Source: an uncultured bacterium
Lineage (GTDB): Bacteria > Planctomycetota > UBA1135 > GCA-002686595
Assembly (NCBI GenBank): GCA_943787795.1
Contig: CALSNU010000005.1
Location: 192,001 to 256,000, forward strand
Length of the DNA: 64,000 nt
Direction: 5' to 3'
Every line of letters starts with the position of its first letter. Position 1 is the first letter of the stretch. Positions 47,665 through 56,927 of the stretch are shown here, piece after piece. Under the pieces are notes generated by a model. The model saw only the letters and a program-made list of their open reading frames with translations. It searched no databases and was not told where the DNA came from. The position numbers and the translations under genes are program-made.

Positions 47665-48440
47665 GCGGCACCCTCGCCGGCGTCGGCGCGCTGCACGAGC
47701 TCCCGGAAGATCTCCTCGAGCCACTCCTTGCCGGTGATCGCACGCAGCTCGTCGAGGCTGCCCCCGGCGAGCATACGCCCGTCGTAGACGATGCCGATCC
47801 GATCGCAGAGTCGCTCCGCCTCGCTGAGGATGTGCGTGCTGAACAGGACGCAGGTCCCCGCCTCGCGGCGCGAGTCGATGAACTGGATCATGTCGCTCGA
47901 CGCCATGATGTCGAGCCCGGTGGTGGGCTCATCGAGGATGAGCACGGGCGGATCGTGGAGCACCGCGCGGGCGATGGACACGCGCTGCTTCTGGCCGGTC
48001 GAGAGAGCCTCGCAGCGCCCGTCGCCGAAGGCGTGCAGGTCGAAGGCGTCGAAGGCCCGCGCGATCGCGGCCTCGAGGTCATCGCCCTCCAGCCCGTGGA
48101 GGCGCCCGAAGTAGCGCAGGGTCTCCCGCCCGGTGAGGCGCGGGTAGAGCCCGGTGCTCCCCGAGAGGAAGCCGAGTCGGCGCCGGACCTCGAGCGGGTC
48201 CTCGGCCACGTCGATGCCGTCGATCAGTGCCCGGCCTGAGGTGGGCGCGAGGATGGTGGAGAGCATGCGCAGCGTGGTGGTCTTGCCCGCGCCGTTCGGC
48301 CCGAGCAGGCCGAAGATCTCGCCCTTGCGGCAGTCGAGATCCACGCCCTTGACGGCCTCGACCACGCCGCGCTGCGGGTCATGAAAGGTCTTGGCCAGGC
48401 CCTCGGCGCGGATCGCGCTGGCTGATGTGGAGTCGGTCAT
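47661..48440 (-). CDS. NatA-like ABC ATPase
   Basis: [25 protein letters not shown]. Confidence 0.95.
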   Translation of the reverse strand: MTDSTSASAIRAEGLAKTFHDPQRGVVEAVKGVDLDCRKGEIFGLLGPNGAGKTTTLRMLSTILAPTSGRALIDGIDVAEDPLEVRRRLGFLSGSTGLYPRLTGRETLRYFGRLHGLEGDDLEAAIARAFDAFDLHAFGDGRCEALSTGQKQRVSIARAVLHDPPVLILDEPTTGLDIMASSDMIQFIDSRREAGTCVLFSTHILSEAERLCDRIGIVYDGRMLAGGSLDELRAITGKEWLEEIFRELVQRADAGEGAA

Positions 48441-48448
48441 GGTCGGGG

Positions 48449-49756
48449 TCACCGGGAGCGGAGGATGCGGAGGAGGCGGGCCATGGGGATCGTCTCGCTG
48501 GAGAGCGAGACCTCCTCGCTGGAGAGGAGCCGGACCGAGAACCAGATCGCCAGCAGGGCTGCGGCGGTGAGGGAGAGCGCGCAGATGAGCAGCGGGCCGG
48601 CGCTGGCGGAGCCGACGAGCAGGCCCCTGAAGGCGAGGGAGACGTTGACCACCGGGATCCACGCGGTCGACGCGGTCAGCTCCATCCCCGGCAGGTTGGT
48701 GGCCATGGCGGGCAGCATGAACAGCATCTGCACCGGGCCGAGCAGGGCCTGACCCTCCTTGAAGCTCGCGGCGAGGCTCGCCACCCCCGTCAGGGCGGCG
48801 CTGACGAAGAAGGCGAAGAGCGCGGCCAGGGGCGCGATGGCCAGCAGGGCGCCGAGGGGGAGCTCGACCTTGGGCGCGCCGTCGCCGAGGCCGGCGAGCT
48901 GACCGAGCAGGTGACCCGCGGAGAGTCCCAGGGCGAGCAGGTTCAGCGTCGCCGCGATCATCGAGGTCGCGCAGACCGCGAAGATCTTCCCGAGGTGGAG
49001 GCCGAGCCGGGGGATGGGGAGGAGGAGGGTGGTCTCGGCGGTCTTGCGCTCCTTCTCCCCGGCCGTGAGGTCCACGGCGGGGAAGAACGCGCCGAGCACG
49101 CACATCACCACCAGCAGCATCGGGAGGAGGAGCGAGAGCACGAGGGCGCCCTCGTCCTTGCTGGGGTTGATCTTCCTCGTCTGGACGAGGATCGGCTCCA
49201 GGGCCGCCGGGTCGATGTCTCGTGCGTCCGCGGCCTCCTGGCGCAGCTCCAGGGCCCACACCTCGAGGGCGGCGACCACCCGTCCACGGGCGGTCTCGGA
49301 CTGGCTGCTGGTGCTGTCGAAGAACAGGGCCGCCGGGTCAGCGTCGCTGCGCGCCTCCGGCAGGAACAGGAGCGCGTCCGCCTCCTCCGCCTCGATCAGC
49401 TCTGCGATGACCTCGCTCTCCTGGGAGGTCTCAGGCGGCAGGGCGATGACCTCGATGCGGCCTCGGCCCTCCTCGTCCAGGGTGAGCTGATCGCGCGCCG
49501 CCTCCGCCGTCTCCGCGGCCGCGACGACGCCGATCGTGACGTCGCGCGCCTGCTTCTGCCCCTGTACGACGAGCACGCCCTGCACCATGACCCAGAACAT
49601 AGCCGGGTACATGCACAGCGGCAGGACGAAGGTATACAGCAGCGTCTGCCGGTCGCGGAAGCTCTCGCCCAGCTCCTTGCGGGCGACGGCGAGGGCGGCG
49701 CGCAGGACACCGGATGTCCGCGGCGCCGATGGGGTCTGCCGAGGCGCCTGGCTCAA
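48449..49756 (-). CDS. NatB-like ABC permease
   Basis: ARKELGESFRDR, AVDLTAGEKERKTAETTL, multiple TM segments. Start is TTG 49756 or ATG 49780. Confidence 0.88.
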   Translation of the reverse strand: MSQAPRQTPSAPRTSGVLRAALAVARKELGESFRDRQTLLYTFVLPLCMYPAMFWVMVQGVLVVQGQKQARDVTIGVVAAAETAEAARDQLTLDEEGRGRIEVIALPPETSQESEVIAELIEAEEADALLFLPEARSDADPAALFFDSTSSQSETARGRVVAALEVWALELRQEAADARDIDPAALEPILVQTRKINPSKDEGALVLSLLLPMLLVVMCVLGAFFPAVDLTAGEKERKTAETTLLLPIPRLGLHLGKIFAVCATSMIAATLNLLALGLSAGHLLGQLAGLGDGAPKVELPLGALLAIAPLAALFAFFVSAALTGVASLAASFKEGQALLGPVQMLFMLPAMATNLPGMELTASTAWIPVVNVSLAFRGLLVGSASAGPLLICALSLTAAALLAIWFSVRLLSSEEVSLSSETIPMARLLRILRSR

Positions 49757-50982
49757 GGCGCTCCCGGGCCCTCCTGCCATCGACCGAAGTGGTCCGCGCC
49801 GTCCTCGGTGATGTAGCAGATGTCCTCGATGCGCAGCCCGAAGCGGCCGGGCTGGTAGATCCCGGGCTCGTTGGTGAAGCACATACCAGGCTCCATGGGG
49901 ACGTCGGACCCGCCGTCGAGGTAGGGGGGCTCGTGAATCTCGACTCCGATGCTGTGCCCGAGTCGGTGGGCCAGGTGGGCGTAGCCCCCGTCGAATCCCG
50001 ACGCGGCGAGCGCTGCTCTCGCCGCCTTGTCCGCGTCTCCGGTGCGAGCTCCGGGGCGCATCATCTCGTAGCCCGCGAGCTGCGCGGCTCGCACCGCATC
50101 CCACACGCGCTGGACCTCGTCCGACGGGGAGGCTCCAACGGTCCAGGTCCGGGTGGTGTCGCTGCAGTAGCCGTGGAGGCGTCCGCCGGTGTCGAGCAGC
50201 ATGACGGTCCCGACCTCGAGCTCTCGGTCCACCTCGTCGCCGTGGGGAAAGGCGCCGGACGGGCCGGCCAGGGAGAGGTCCCAGGTGCCTGTCAGGCCGA
50301 GCTCCTGCTGGGCGAAGTGCGCGAGGGCGCCGACCTCGGAAGACCTCATCCCGGGCTCGGTGACGGCGTAGACGGCGCGGATCGCGTCCTGGGTCCGCTC
50401 CTGGGCGGAGCGGAGGATCTCCAGCTCGCGGTCGGTCTTCGGCCCCCGCAGCTTGCGCGCGATGGCCGCGCCGTCCTCGATGGCGACCCCCAGCGCTGCG
50501 CCGGTGGGGAGCGTGAACCGTGAGCGAACATCGGGGTCCGCGACGATCCGGCGGGCCCCGCGGCTCCGGAGGGCATCTGCGAGCACCCTCGAGGAGTCCT
50601 GGTGCTCGTCCCAGGGGAGCACCTCTCGCCCGAGCTCGGGGCTCCCGCTGGCCCGTTCGCAGACGGTCGCGACCCGGCTGGCCTCGAAGGCGGGGGTGAC
50701 CCAGACGAACGAGCCGTCGGCCATGACCGCCGCGGCCAGCAAGCGCTCGCTCCGGCCGAGGGCCACGCCGGTGAGGTACTCCAGCGTGCCGCCGGGTTCG
50801 ATGAGCATGGCATCGACCCCTTCGGCGGACAGGATCTGGGCCAGCCTGGACCGGAATTCGGCTCGCTCGGCCGGGGTCAGCGTCGGGGGCGGGGCGGCGT
50901 ATGAGGAGAGGGACTCGCGGATCTGACGGGACCGGGGGTCGTCTCCAGTCGGGACAGGGGTCTTCGAGGGGAGGATGGGCAT
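49753..50982 (-). CDS. Xaa-Pro peptidase (M24 family)
   Basis: PHG, LDTGG...GYCSDTTRT, HRLGHSIG..IHE, TNEPGIY, GLRIED. Confidence 0.93.
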   Translation of the reverse strand: MPILPSKTPVPTGDDPRSRQIRESLSSYAAPPPTLTPAERAEFRSRLAQILSAEGVDAMLIEPGGTLEYLTGVALGRSERLLAAAVMADGSFVWVTPAFEASRVATVCERASGSPELGREVLPWDEHQDSSRVLADALRSRGARRIVADPDVRSRFTLPTGAALGVAIEDGAAIARKLRGPKTDRELEILRSAQERTQDAIRAVYAVTEPGMRSSEVGALAHFAQQELGLTGTWDLSLAGPSGAFPHGDEVDRELEVGTVMLLDTGGRLHGYCSDTTRTWTVGASPSDEVQRVWDAVRAAQLAGYEMMRPGARTGDADKAARAALAASGFDGGYAHLAHRLGHSIGVEIHEPPYLDGGSDVPMEPGMCFTNEPGIYQPGRFGLRIEDICYITEDGADHFGRWQEGPGAP

Positions 50983-51000
50983 GGGCGTGAGGGTAGTCGA

Positions 51001-51909
51001 GTGCGGCTCGATCCACCGCAGACTTCCGCTGGCTCCGGAGTCGAGTCCGTGGCGTGTCCGGGGCGCGAGGCCCCGCGGGAGCGCGGCGGGCCAGTGCGTC
51101 CGGATCCTGGACGGCCATCGTCTCGACCACAGAACTCTCGGCAGGGATCTGCCGTCACGCTTCACTCGGCCGGGCTCGCGCTCCGATCAGATGCCGAAGT
51201 GGGCCTCTTCAGCAGCAACCAGTCGACCGAACCGTCACAGGGTCCGGGTCTTGAGCACGACCGGCGCGGGGGGGACCGCGAGGGGGCCGCGAGCCCCGCG
51301 CACCCCGGGCGCAGGAGCGGCCTCTTCGCGCCGCGTCCCGACACCGCCGGCAAGCGGCGATCCGGGCGACCGTTCCCGGCGCTGCCGGCGCGTCGCCGCC
51401 CGACGCTCGTCAGCCTCGCGGCGGGCGTGGCCGCCAAGGGCTCGTTCATGCTGCTGCTCGCGTGGGCGCTGTGCTTCAACTTCAGCGAGGTCCGCGGCGG
51501 CTCGATGATGCCCGGGATCCAGGACCGTGACCGGATCCTGGTGGACCACGTGTCGTACATCTTCAGCTCCGTGCACCGCGGCGACGTGGTCGTGATGCGC
51601 TACCCGATGGACCCGTCCGTCGACTACGTGAAGCGCGTGGTCGGCCTCCCGGGGGATCACGTCCAGATCTTTGACGGCCACGTCTGGGTCAACGAGCAGC
51701 TCCTGGATGAGCCCTATGTGGCGGCCGCTGCGAACGACCCGTACGCCTTCGTGGACACGGTCGTGCAGGGGAACTGCTACTTCGTGCTCGGGGATAACCG
51801 GATCCGGAGCTCGGACAGTCGCGAGTTCGGACAGGTTCCCCATGAGTATCTGCGGGGCAAGGTCCGCATGCGACTCTGGCCGCCGCTTCGCGCGGGCATG
51901 ATCCAGTGA
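51001..51909 (+). CDS. lepB: Signal peptidase I (true start uncertain, probably downstream of 51001)
   Basis: GGSMMP, RGDVVV, YVKRVVGLPGD, GDNR..SSDSR. Confidence 0.92.
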   Translation: MRLDPPQTSAGSGVESVACPGREAPRERGGPVRPDPGRPSSRPQNSRQGSAVTLHSAGLALRSDAEVGLFSSNQSTEPSQGPGLEHDRRGGDREGAASPAHPGRRSGLFAPRPDTAGKRRSGRPFPALPARRRPTLVSLAAGVAAKGSFMLLLAWALCFNFSEVRGGSMMPGIQDRDRILVDHVSYIFSSVHRGDVVVMRYPMDPSVDYVKRVVGLPGDHVQIFDGHVWVNEQLLDEPYVAAAANDPYAFVDTVVQGNCYFVLGDNRIRSSDSREFGQVPHEYLRGKVRMRLWPPLRAGMIQ

Positions 51910-51921
51910 CCCTGCGGCCCG

Positions 51922-52148
51922 GCTGGGCCAAGGAGCTGGGCCAAGGAGCTGGACCAGAGAGCTGGACCAGAGAGCTGGGCGCCCCGGCTGCGCCTGATCG
52001 CTTTGCCTAAAGACTGTGCCCAGAGACTGTGCCCAGAGACTGTGCCCAGAGACTGGGCCCGCTGACTGGACCCGTTGACTGGACCCGTTGACTGGACCCG
52101 TTGACTGAGCCCGTTCACTGGGCCCGTTCACTGGGCCCACTGACTGTG
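51922..52148. repeat. Long drifting 13-bp tandem array (~16 units in three sub-blocks)
   Basis: gctgggccaagga/gctggaccagaga, then agactgtgcccag, then ttgactggacccg/ttcactgggcccg. Confidence 0.9.
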
Positions 52149-52466
52149 AGCAAGCCCATCCGCGCCTCAGGGGACCGAGTCGCCGTTGGTTCTCTTCGCG
52201 GCCGCTCGCTCCTTCGCAGCCTCCCCTCGTCGGGAGCGAGGCACCGCGGCTGCCGCCGGCAACCTGGCCGGACGCCAGCGTGGGGTCCGCCCCGTCGCGC
52301 CGTCTCGGTGCCCAGCGGGAGGACCTGGCGCGGGCCAAGGCGGGGACCAAGGCGGGGGCCGAGGCGGGGACGATGTGCACCGGACCTGGGGAGCCAAGGG
52401 GGAAACGGAGGGTTGGCGAACGCTCGTCGCCGCGCGGTCCCGGCGCGGCCCTAGGATGGGCGCACC

Positions 52467-53870
52467 ATGAGCACGACCGCGCAACATCCCACGATCATCG
52501 CCGACCTCGACCCCTCCTCTGGCGAGCTGCTCGCAGAGGTCCCCTGCGCCAGCACGATGGAGGTCCACGCGGCCGTGGCGAGGGCGCGGTCGGCCCAGAG
52601 GTCCTGGGCCGAGCTGGGAGCTGAGGCGCGGGCGGCCGCGCTCTCGCGCTTCGGGGAGCGGCTCGCGGCGGACGCCGCCAACCTCGGTGAGACGGTGACG
52701 CGGGAGATGGGCAAGACCCTGCGATCGGCCGTGGGGGAGGTGAAGGGCTACGCCTCCGGCGTGAGCGCAGAGGCCCAGGAGGTGGTGGCGGCCCTGGCTC
52801 CGATCTCCTACGGCGATGGGTCCTCCGGGAGCCGGGCACAAGACGTGACAACGGTCCATGAGCCGCTGGGGGTGGTCGCCGCGATCACGCCGTGGAACTT
52901 CCCCGTGGGCATGCCACTCTCCATCATCACGCCCGCGCTCGTCGCCGGGAACGCGGTGGTGTTCAAGCCGAGCGAGCACACTCCGTTGACCGGCGCACGC
53001 CTCGCGGAGCTGCTCCAGGCCGAGCTCCCGGAGGGCGTCCTCGAGCTTGTCCAGGGGGACGGCGCGACGGGCGCGGCCCTGGTGGAGGCCGAGGTGGACA
53101 TGGTCGGGTTCGTCGGGAGCCGGGCCACCGGGCAGCGGATCATGAACGCGGCCGCCGGGTCGCTGAAGCGGCTGGTCCTCGAGCTCGGAGGCAAGGACCC
53201 CATGGTCGTCTTTGAGGACGCGAACCTCGATGCGGCCGCCCGCTGCGCGGTGGAGCACAGCCTGCGGAACACGGGGCAGGTCTGTTGCTCGATCGAGCGC
53301 GTCTACGTGGCCGACGCCATCGCGGAGGAGTTTGAGGCCGAGGTCGTGAGGCTCGCGGGTGAGTGGACCCACGGGGACGGACGCGCGGACGGCGTCAAGA
53401 TGGGGCCGCTCGTGAGCGAGGGCCAGCGGGCCAAGGTCGCCGCCCAGGTCCGCGCGGCGGTCGAGGAGGGCGCAGAGCTTCGGGTCGGCGGCGTCCAGCC
53501 GGAGGGGCCGGGCTGGTTCTATCCGGCGACCGTCCTGACCGGCGTGGAGCAGGGCCACCGGATCACGCACGAGGAGACCTTCGGACCGGTGGTCGCGGTC
53601 ACCCGTTTCGACGGGTCCGAAGACGAGGGGGTGCGGTTCGCGAACGACACGGTCTACGGGCTTGGCGCCAACGTCTGGACGGGGGATCCCGCCCGGGCGG
53701 CCCGTGTTGCAGCGCGGCTTCGAGCCGGGCAGGTGGGCGTGAATCGGTACCTCGGCGGCGCCTCCGGCTCCCCCTGGGTGGGTGCGCGGCAGTCGGGCTT
53801 CGGCCACCTCGGAGGCCCGGACGGGCATCGTCAGTTCACCGTCCCCAAGACCATCTCCATCGGGCGCTGA
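52467..53870 (+). CDS. Aldehyde dehydrogenase
   Basis: ITPWNFP, KPSE, FVGS, LELGGK, GQVCC, EETFGP, YGL. Confidence 0.96.
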   Translation: MSTTAQHPTIIADLDPSSGELLAEVPCASTMEVHAAVARARSAQRSWAELGAEARAAALSRFGERLAADAANLGETVTREMGKTLRSAVGEVKGYASGVSAEAQEVVAALAPISYGDGSSGSRAQDVTTVHEPLGVVAAITPWNFPVGMPLSIITPALVAGNAVVFKPSEHTPLTGARLAELLQAELPEGVLELVQGDGATGAALVEAEVDMVGFVGSRATGQRIMNAAAGSLKRLVLELGGKDPMVVFEDANLDAAARCAVEHSLRNTGQVCCSIERVYVADAIAEEFEAEVVRLAGEWTHGDGRADGVKMGPLVSEGQRAKVAAQVRAAVEEGAELRVGGVQPEGPGWFYPATVLTGVEQGHRITHEETFGPVVAVTRFDGSEDEGVRFANDTVYGLGANVWTGDPARAARVAARLRAGQVGVNRYLGGASGSPWVGARQSGFGHLGGPDGHRQFTVPKTISIGR

Positions 53871-53973
53871 TCCGGCCCGATCCGGACTTCTCTCTGGCAG
53901 GGCTTGGCCCCTCCGGGCCGTGACCTGACGGGCCCCGCGGGCACGTTGGCACGGGTAGAGCCGTCGGCGCCGC

Positions 53974-54840
53974 TCAGGCGGCGAAGAGCACCACGCCCCC
54001 GGAGCCCACCAGCTCGGAGAGCTCCTCCACCTTGGCCTCGTCCACATCGAGGGCCTTGGCCACCGGCCATCCCGCAGGGATCGAGAGATTGTCGAAGCCA
54101 TCGGCGGAGAAGAGTCGCCCCAGGTAGGCCGAGAAGACCGCGACCTGGACGTCTGGCGCGGACGGGACCTCCTGGGGCCAGTTGGCCATGGACTTGGCCG
54201 CCGCGAGGATCGTGGGCGACAGGGGCCAGATCTGGGCGAGCAGGACGCAGAGGATGGGGCCGACCCGACGCAGGAGTTCGGCCCGTACCCGTTCGGTGAG
54301 CCTCTTGCCTTGCCGCGCCTCGACCCGCTGGAGGAGCTGAAAGCCGAGGGGCGGGCCCGAGGACAGGATGAGCCCTCCGAGCAAGGAGGCGCGGTTGGCC
54401 CCGAGCCGGTCACTGGAGACCCGGTGGGCGATCACGCCGGCGTTGCATGCCACTCGCCAGGCTCTCCTGCCCCCGAGCATGTCGTTGAGCACGGGCCCGA
54501 AGATCTTGGCCCTGGCGACCTTGATGACGGCCAGCTCGAAGAGAACCCGCATGCCGATCCGCTGGGCCGCGACGGTCGCCGACTCGATGGTCGTGACCGC
54601 CGCATAGAGCGGGGAGTTGGCGAGGGCCAGCACCTGACGGCTGAGCTCTTCGTCCCGCTCAAGGATCTTGCCCACGGCGACAGCGTCGTACTCGCCGCTC
54701 ACCAGGATGGCGGCGAGCTCGAAGGCGGACCGGCTCAGCCGAGGGAGTTCCTCTTCTGCAGCGTCAAGCTCGGCGCGGATGGCGCGCTGCCAGTCTGCGT
54801 CGAGAGAGCGGGGGATTTGTACAACGTCTCGTGCTTTCAC
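53974..54840 (-). CDS. HDOD-domain protein
   Basis: LPRLS, ILERDEELSRQVLALANSPLY, A..RIG. GTG start. Confidence 0.8.
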   Translation of the reverse strand: MKARDVVQIPRSLDADWQRAIRAELDAAEEELPRLSRSAFELAAILVSGEYDAVAVGKILERDEELSRQVLALANSPLYAAVTTIESATVAAQRIGMRVLFELAVIKVARAKIFGPVLNDMLGGRRAWRVACNAGVIAHRVSSDRLGANRASLLGGLILSSGPPLGFQLLQRVEARQGKRLTERVRAELLRRVGPILCVLLAQIWPLSPTILAAAKSMANWPQEVPSAPDVQVAVFSAYLGRLFSADGFDNLSIPAGWPVAKALDVDEAKVEELSELVGSGGVVLFAA

Positions 54841-55099
54841 ACGCCAGCCATCGAGTCCTGCGAGCGGCGATCGAGAGTCGTTCAGGACTCTCTCCTGAGC
54901 GACTTCTACCCGGTGTTGCCGGCGGTTTGTCGCGGCGCCGGATAGGGAATCCCCACCCGGATCGAGCCGCTGCCGCGGGGTACTGCCGTCGGGCAGGCTC
55001 GCCCCTCCGTAGCTGGGCTAGGTGGCTCGGCTAGTCGGGAGAGGCCGGTGGCCGTGGTCCGGGAGGGGACCTGTTCTCGCCGTGGGACACGCCTTCCGG

Positions 55100-56641
55100 T
55101 CAGAGGATGGGCCCGAGCATCGCGATGGCGTTGTTCCAGAGCCGCCGCCCCATGCTCCAGGCGCGGACCATCTCGAGGGTGACCTCATCCGAGGATGCGA
55201 TGTAGTCCTCCTGGCGCGCGCGGAGCGCCGCGGTGGTCCCAGGGTCCTCGAGGAGGATGTTGTTCTCGTAGTTCAGCTCGAAGCTCCGCCGGTCTGCGTT
55301 CGCCGAGCCGATCAGGGCGACCGCGCCATCGAGGGTCAGGGACTTCGTGTGGAGGAGCCCCCCGACGTATTCGCGGATGTTGACCCCGGCCTTCAGGAGC
55401 TCCTCGTAGTAGCTACGGCTGGCCGCCCCGACGACCCATGAGTCGTTCCTGGCTGGGAAGACGACCGTCGTCGCCACGCCGCGCCGTGCGCAGGCGCACA
55501 GGGCCTCCTGCATCGGCTCCGTGGGGACGTAGTAGGGGGTGGTCATGACCAGCTCCTGGCGAGCGGTGTACATGATGCTCACGAAGACCTCGGGCATGGC
55601 CGAGTAGCGGATGGTCGGGCCGGTCCCGAAGGCGAGGGCCGTGAAGCCGGGGCCGCGATCACTCGCCGGCTTGTGGGGGCCGAGGAGGTCCGCGATGTCG
55701 TCGTCCACCTGGGTCAGCCAGTCGCTCGCGAACAGGGTCTGGTTCTGCTGCACCACCGGCCCCTCGAAGCGCATCACGGCGTCGACCCACGGCGCGAACT
55801 TCGCCTTTACACGGAACTCGGGGTCGGCGCAGTTCTGGCTCCCGCAGTACGTGACGCGGTTGTCGATGACGACGATCTTGCGGTGGTTGCGAAGGTCGAT
55901 CCGGCCGCGGAGTGCGCGGATCAGCGGGTTGCCGATCGGGAGGGCCACGGCGAGCCGAACCCCGGCCTCGCCCATTCGCCTCCAGACGGCTGAGTGGACC
56001 ATGCCCCGCGACCCAAGACCGTCGACCATCGCGCGGCACGTCACGCCGCGCGCGGCGGCGCGCTCGAGCGCCTCAGCCACTCGCTGGCCGTTCCCGTCGG
56101 TGAGCCAGATGTAGAAGAGGAGGTGCACGTGATCAGCCGCCCGGTCGATGTCGGCGACCATGGCGTCGATCGATGCGTTCGAGTCCTCCAGGAGGGTGGC
56201 GTGGTTCCCTCCGTGGGGATGGAACCCGTTGATCGCTCCCGCGGTCCGGAACAGGCGGCTGTAGGCTCCAGGCTCGCTCGGCTCGTCCGTCGCGTCGCCG
56301 TCAGCCCCTGGGTGGGCAGCGCGGCTGGACTCGCCGGTCACCTCGACCTTCCCGGTCGGACTGGGGGCACCTGGCGTCACCTCCCGCTGAGCGCTCCACG
56401 CCGAGGTGAGGTGATCTCTCACCTCATCGACCCTCCTCACGCGGGTCCGGCCGATGCTCACCTCGCCGAGCAGGATGTACGCGACGATCCCCAAGAAGGG
56501 GAGCAGCAGGACCACCAGGAGCCAGGCGAGCCGCGACGCCGGCTCGCGTTGGGGCCGGATGAGGATCCTGATGATGACGGGGACGTGGACCAGCAGGTAG
56601 AACCCGGCACTGACCGCGAGTGAGGTGAGGGGGTCCGGCAT
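55100..56641 (-). CDS. cls: Cardiolipin synthase
   Basis: Two N-terminal TM segments (PASRLAWL), two HKD motifs (RNHRKIVVID, LHTKSLTLD), GSANADRRSFELNYE. Confidence 0.95.
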   Translation of the reverse strand: MPDPLTSLAVSAGFYLLVHVPVIIRILIRPQREPASRLAWLLVVLLLPFLGIVAYILLGEVSIGRTRVRRVDEVRDHLTSAWSAQREVTPGAPSPTGKVEVTGESSRAAHPGADGDATDEPSEPGAYSRLFRTAGAINGFHPHGGNHATLLEDSNASIDAMVADIDRAADHVHLLFYIWLTDGNGQRVAEALERAAARGVTCRAMVDGLGSRGMVHSAVWRRMGEAGVRLAVALPIGNPLIRALRGRIDLRNHRKIVVIDNRVTYCGSQNCADPEFRVKAKFAPWVDAVMRFEGPVVQQNQTLFASDWLTQVDDDIADLLGPHKPASDRGPGFTALAFGTGPTIRYSAMPEVFVSIMYTARQELVMTTPYYVPTEPMQEALCACARRGVATTVVFPARNDSWVVGAASRSYYEELLKAGVNIREYVGGLLHTKSLTLDGAVALIGSANADRRSFELNYENNILLEDPGTTAALRARQEDYIASSDEVTLEMVRAWSMGRRLWNNAIAMLGPIL

Positions 56642-56710
56642 GGCTTGAGCGGTGGGTAGCGGGGAGCACCTGGACGTCTTCGAGGCTCGCGGTGCGCCGC
56701 AGGCTGGCTC

Positions 56711-56745
56711 CCATCCTACGGCTCAGGGCCTGAGCCGTAGGATGG
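56711..56745. promoter_or_regulatory. Perfect 17-1-17 palindrome upstream of cls
   Basis: ccatcctacggctcagg-g-cctgagccgtaggatgg. Confidence 0.6.
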
Positions 56746-56927
56746 CGGGATCGACCCCACGGAGCGCCCGCGGCTTGCTCCGGCGGCGGCTCCTAACTGC
56801 CGAGGGCCCCGCGGCCGAGCGCCCCCCCCGGCAGAGAGCCCCCGCGGTGGACCGCCGCGCGGCGCCTTGAAGGGAACTCCCGACGCCACGGGGCGGATTC
56901 GAACGGAACGGACCAGCCTGGTCGGGG

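Noticed and set aside
51922..52148. Possible CRISPR array
   Set aside because: Units are 13 bp and contiguous with no unique spacers, and there are no cas genes in the window.
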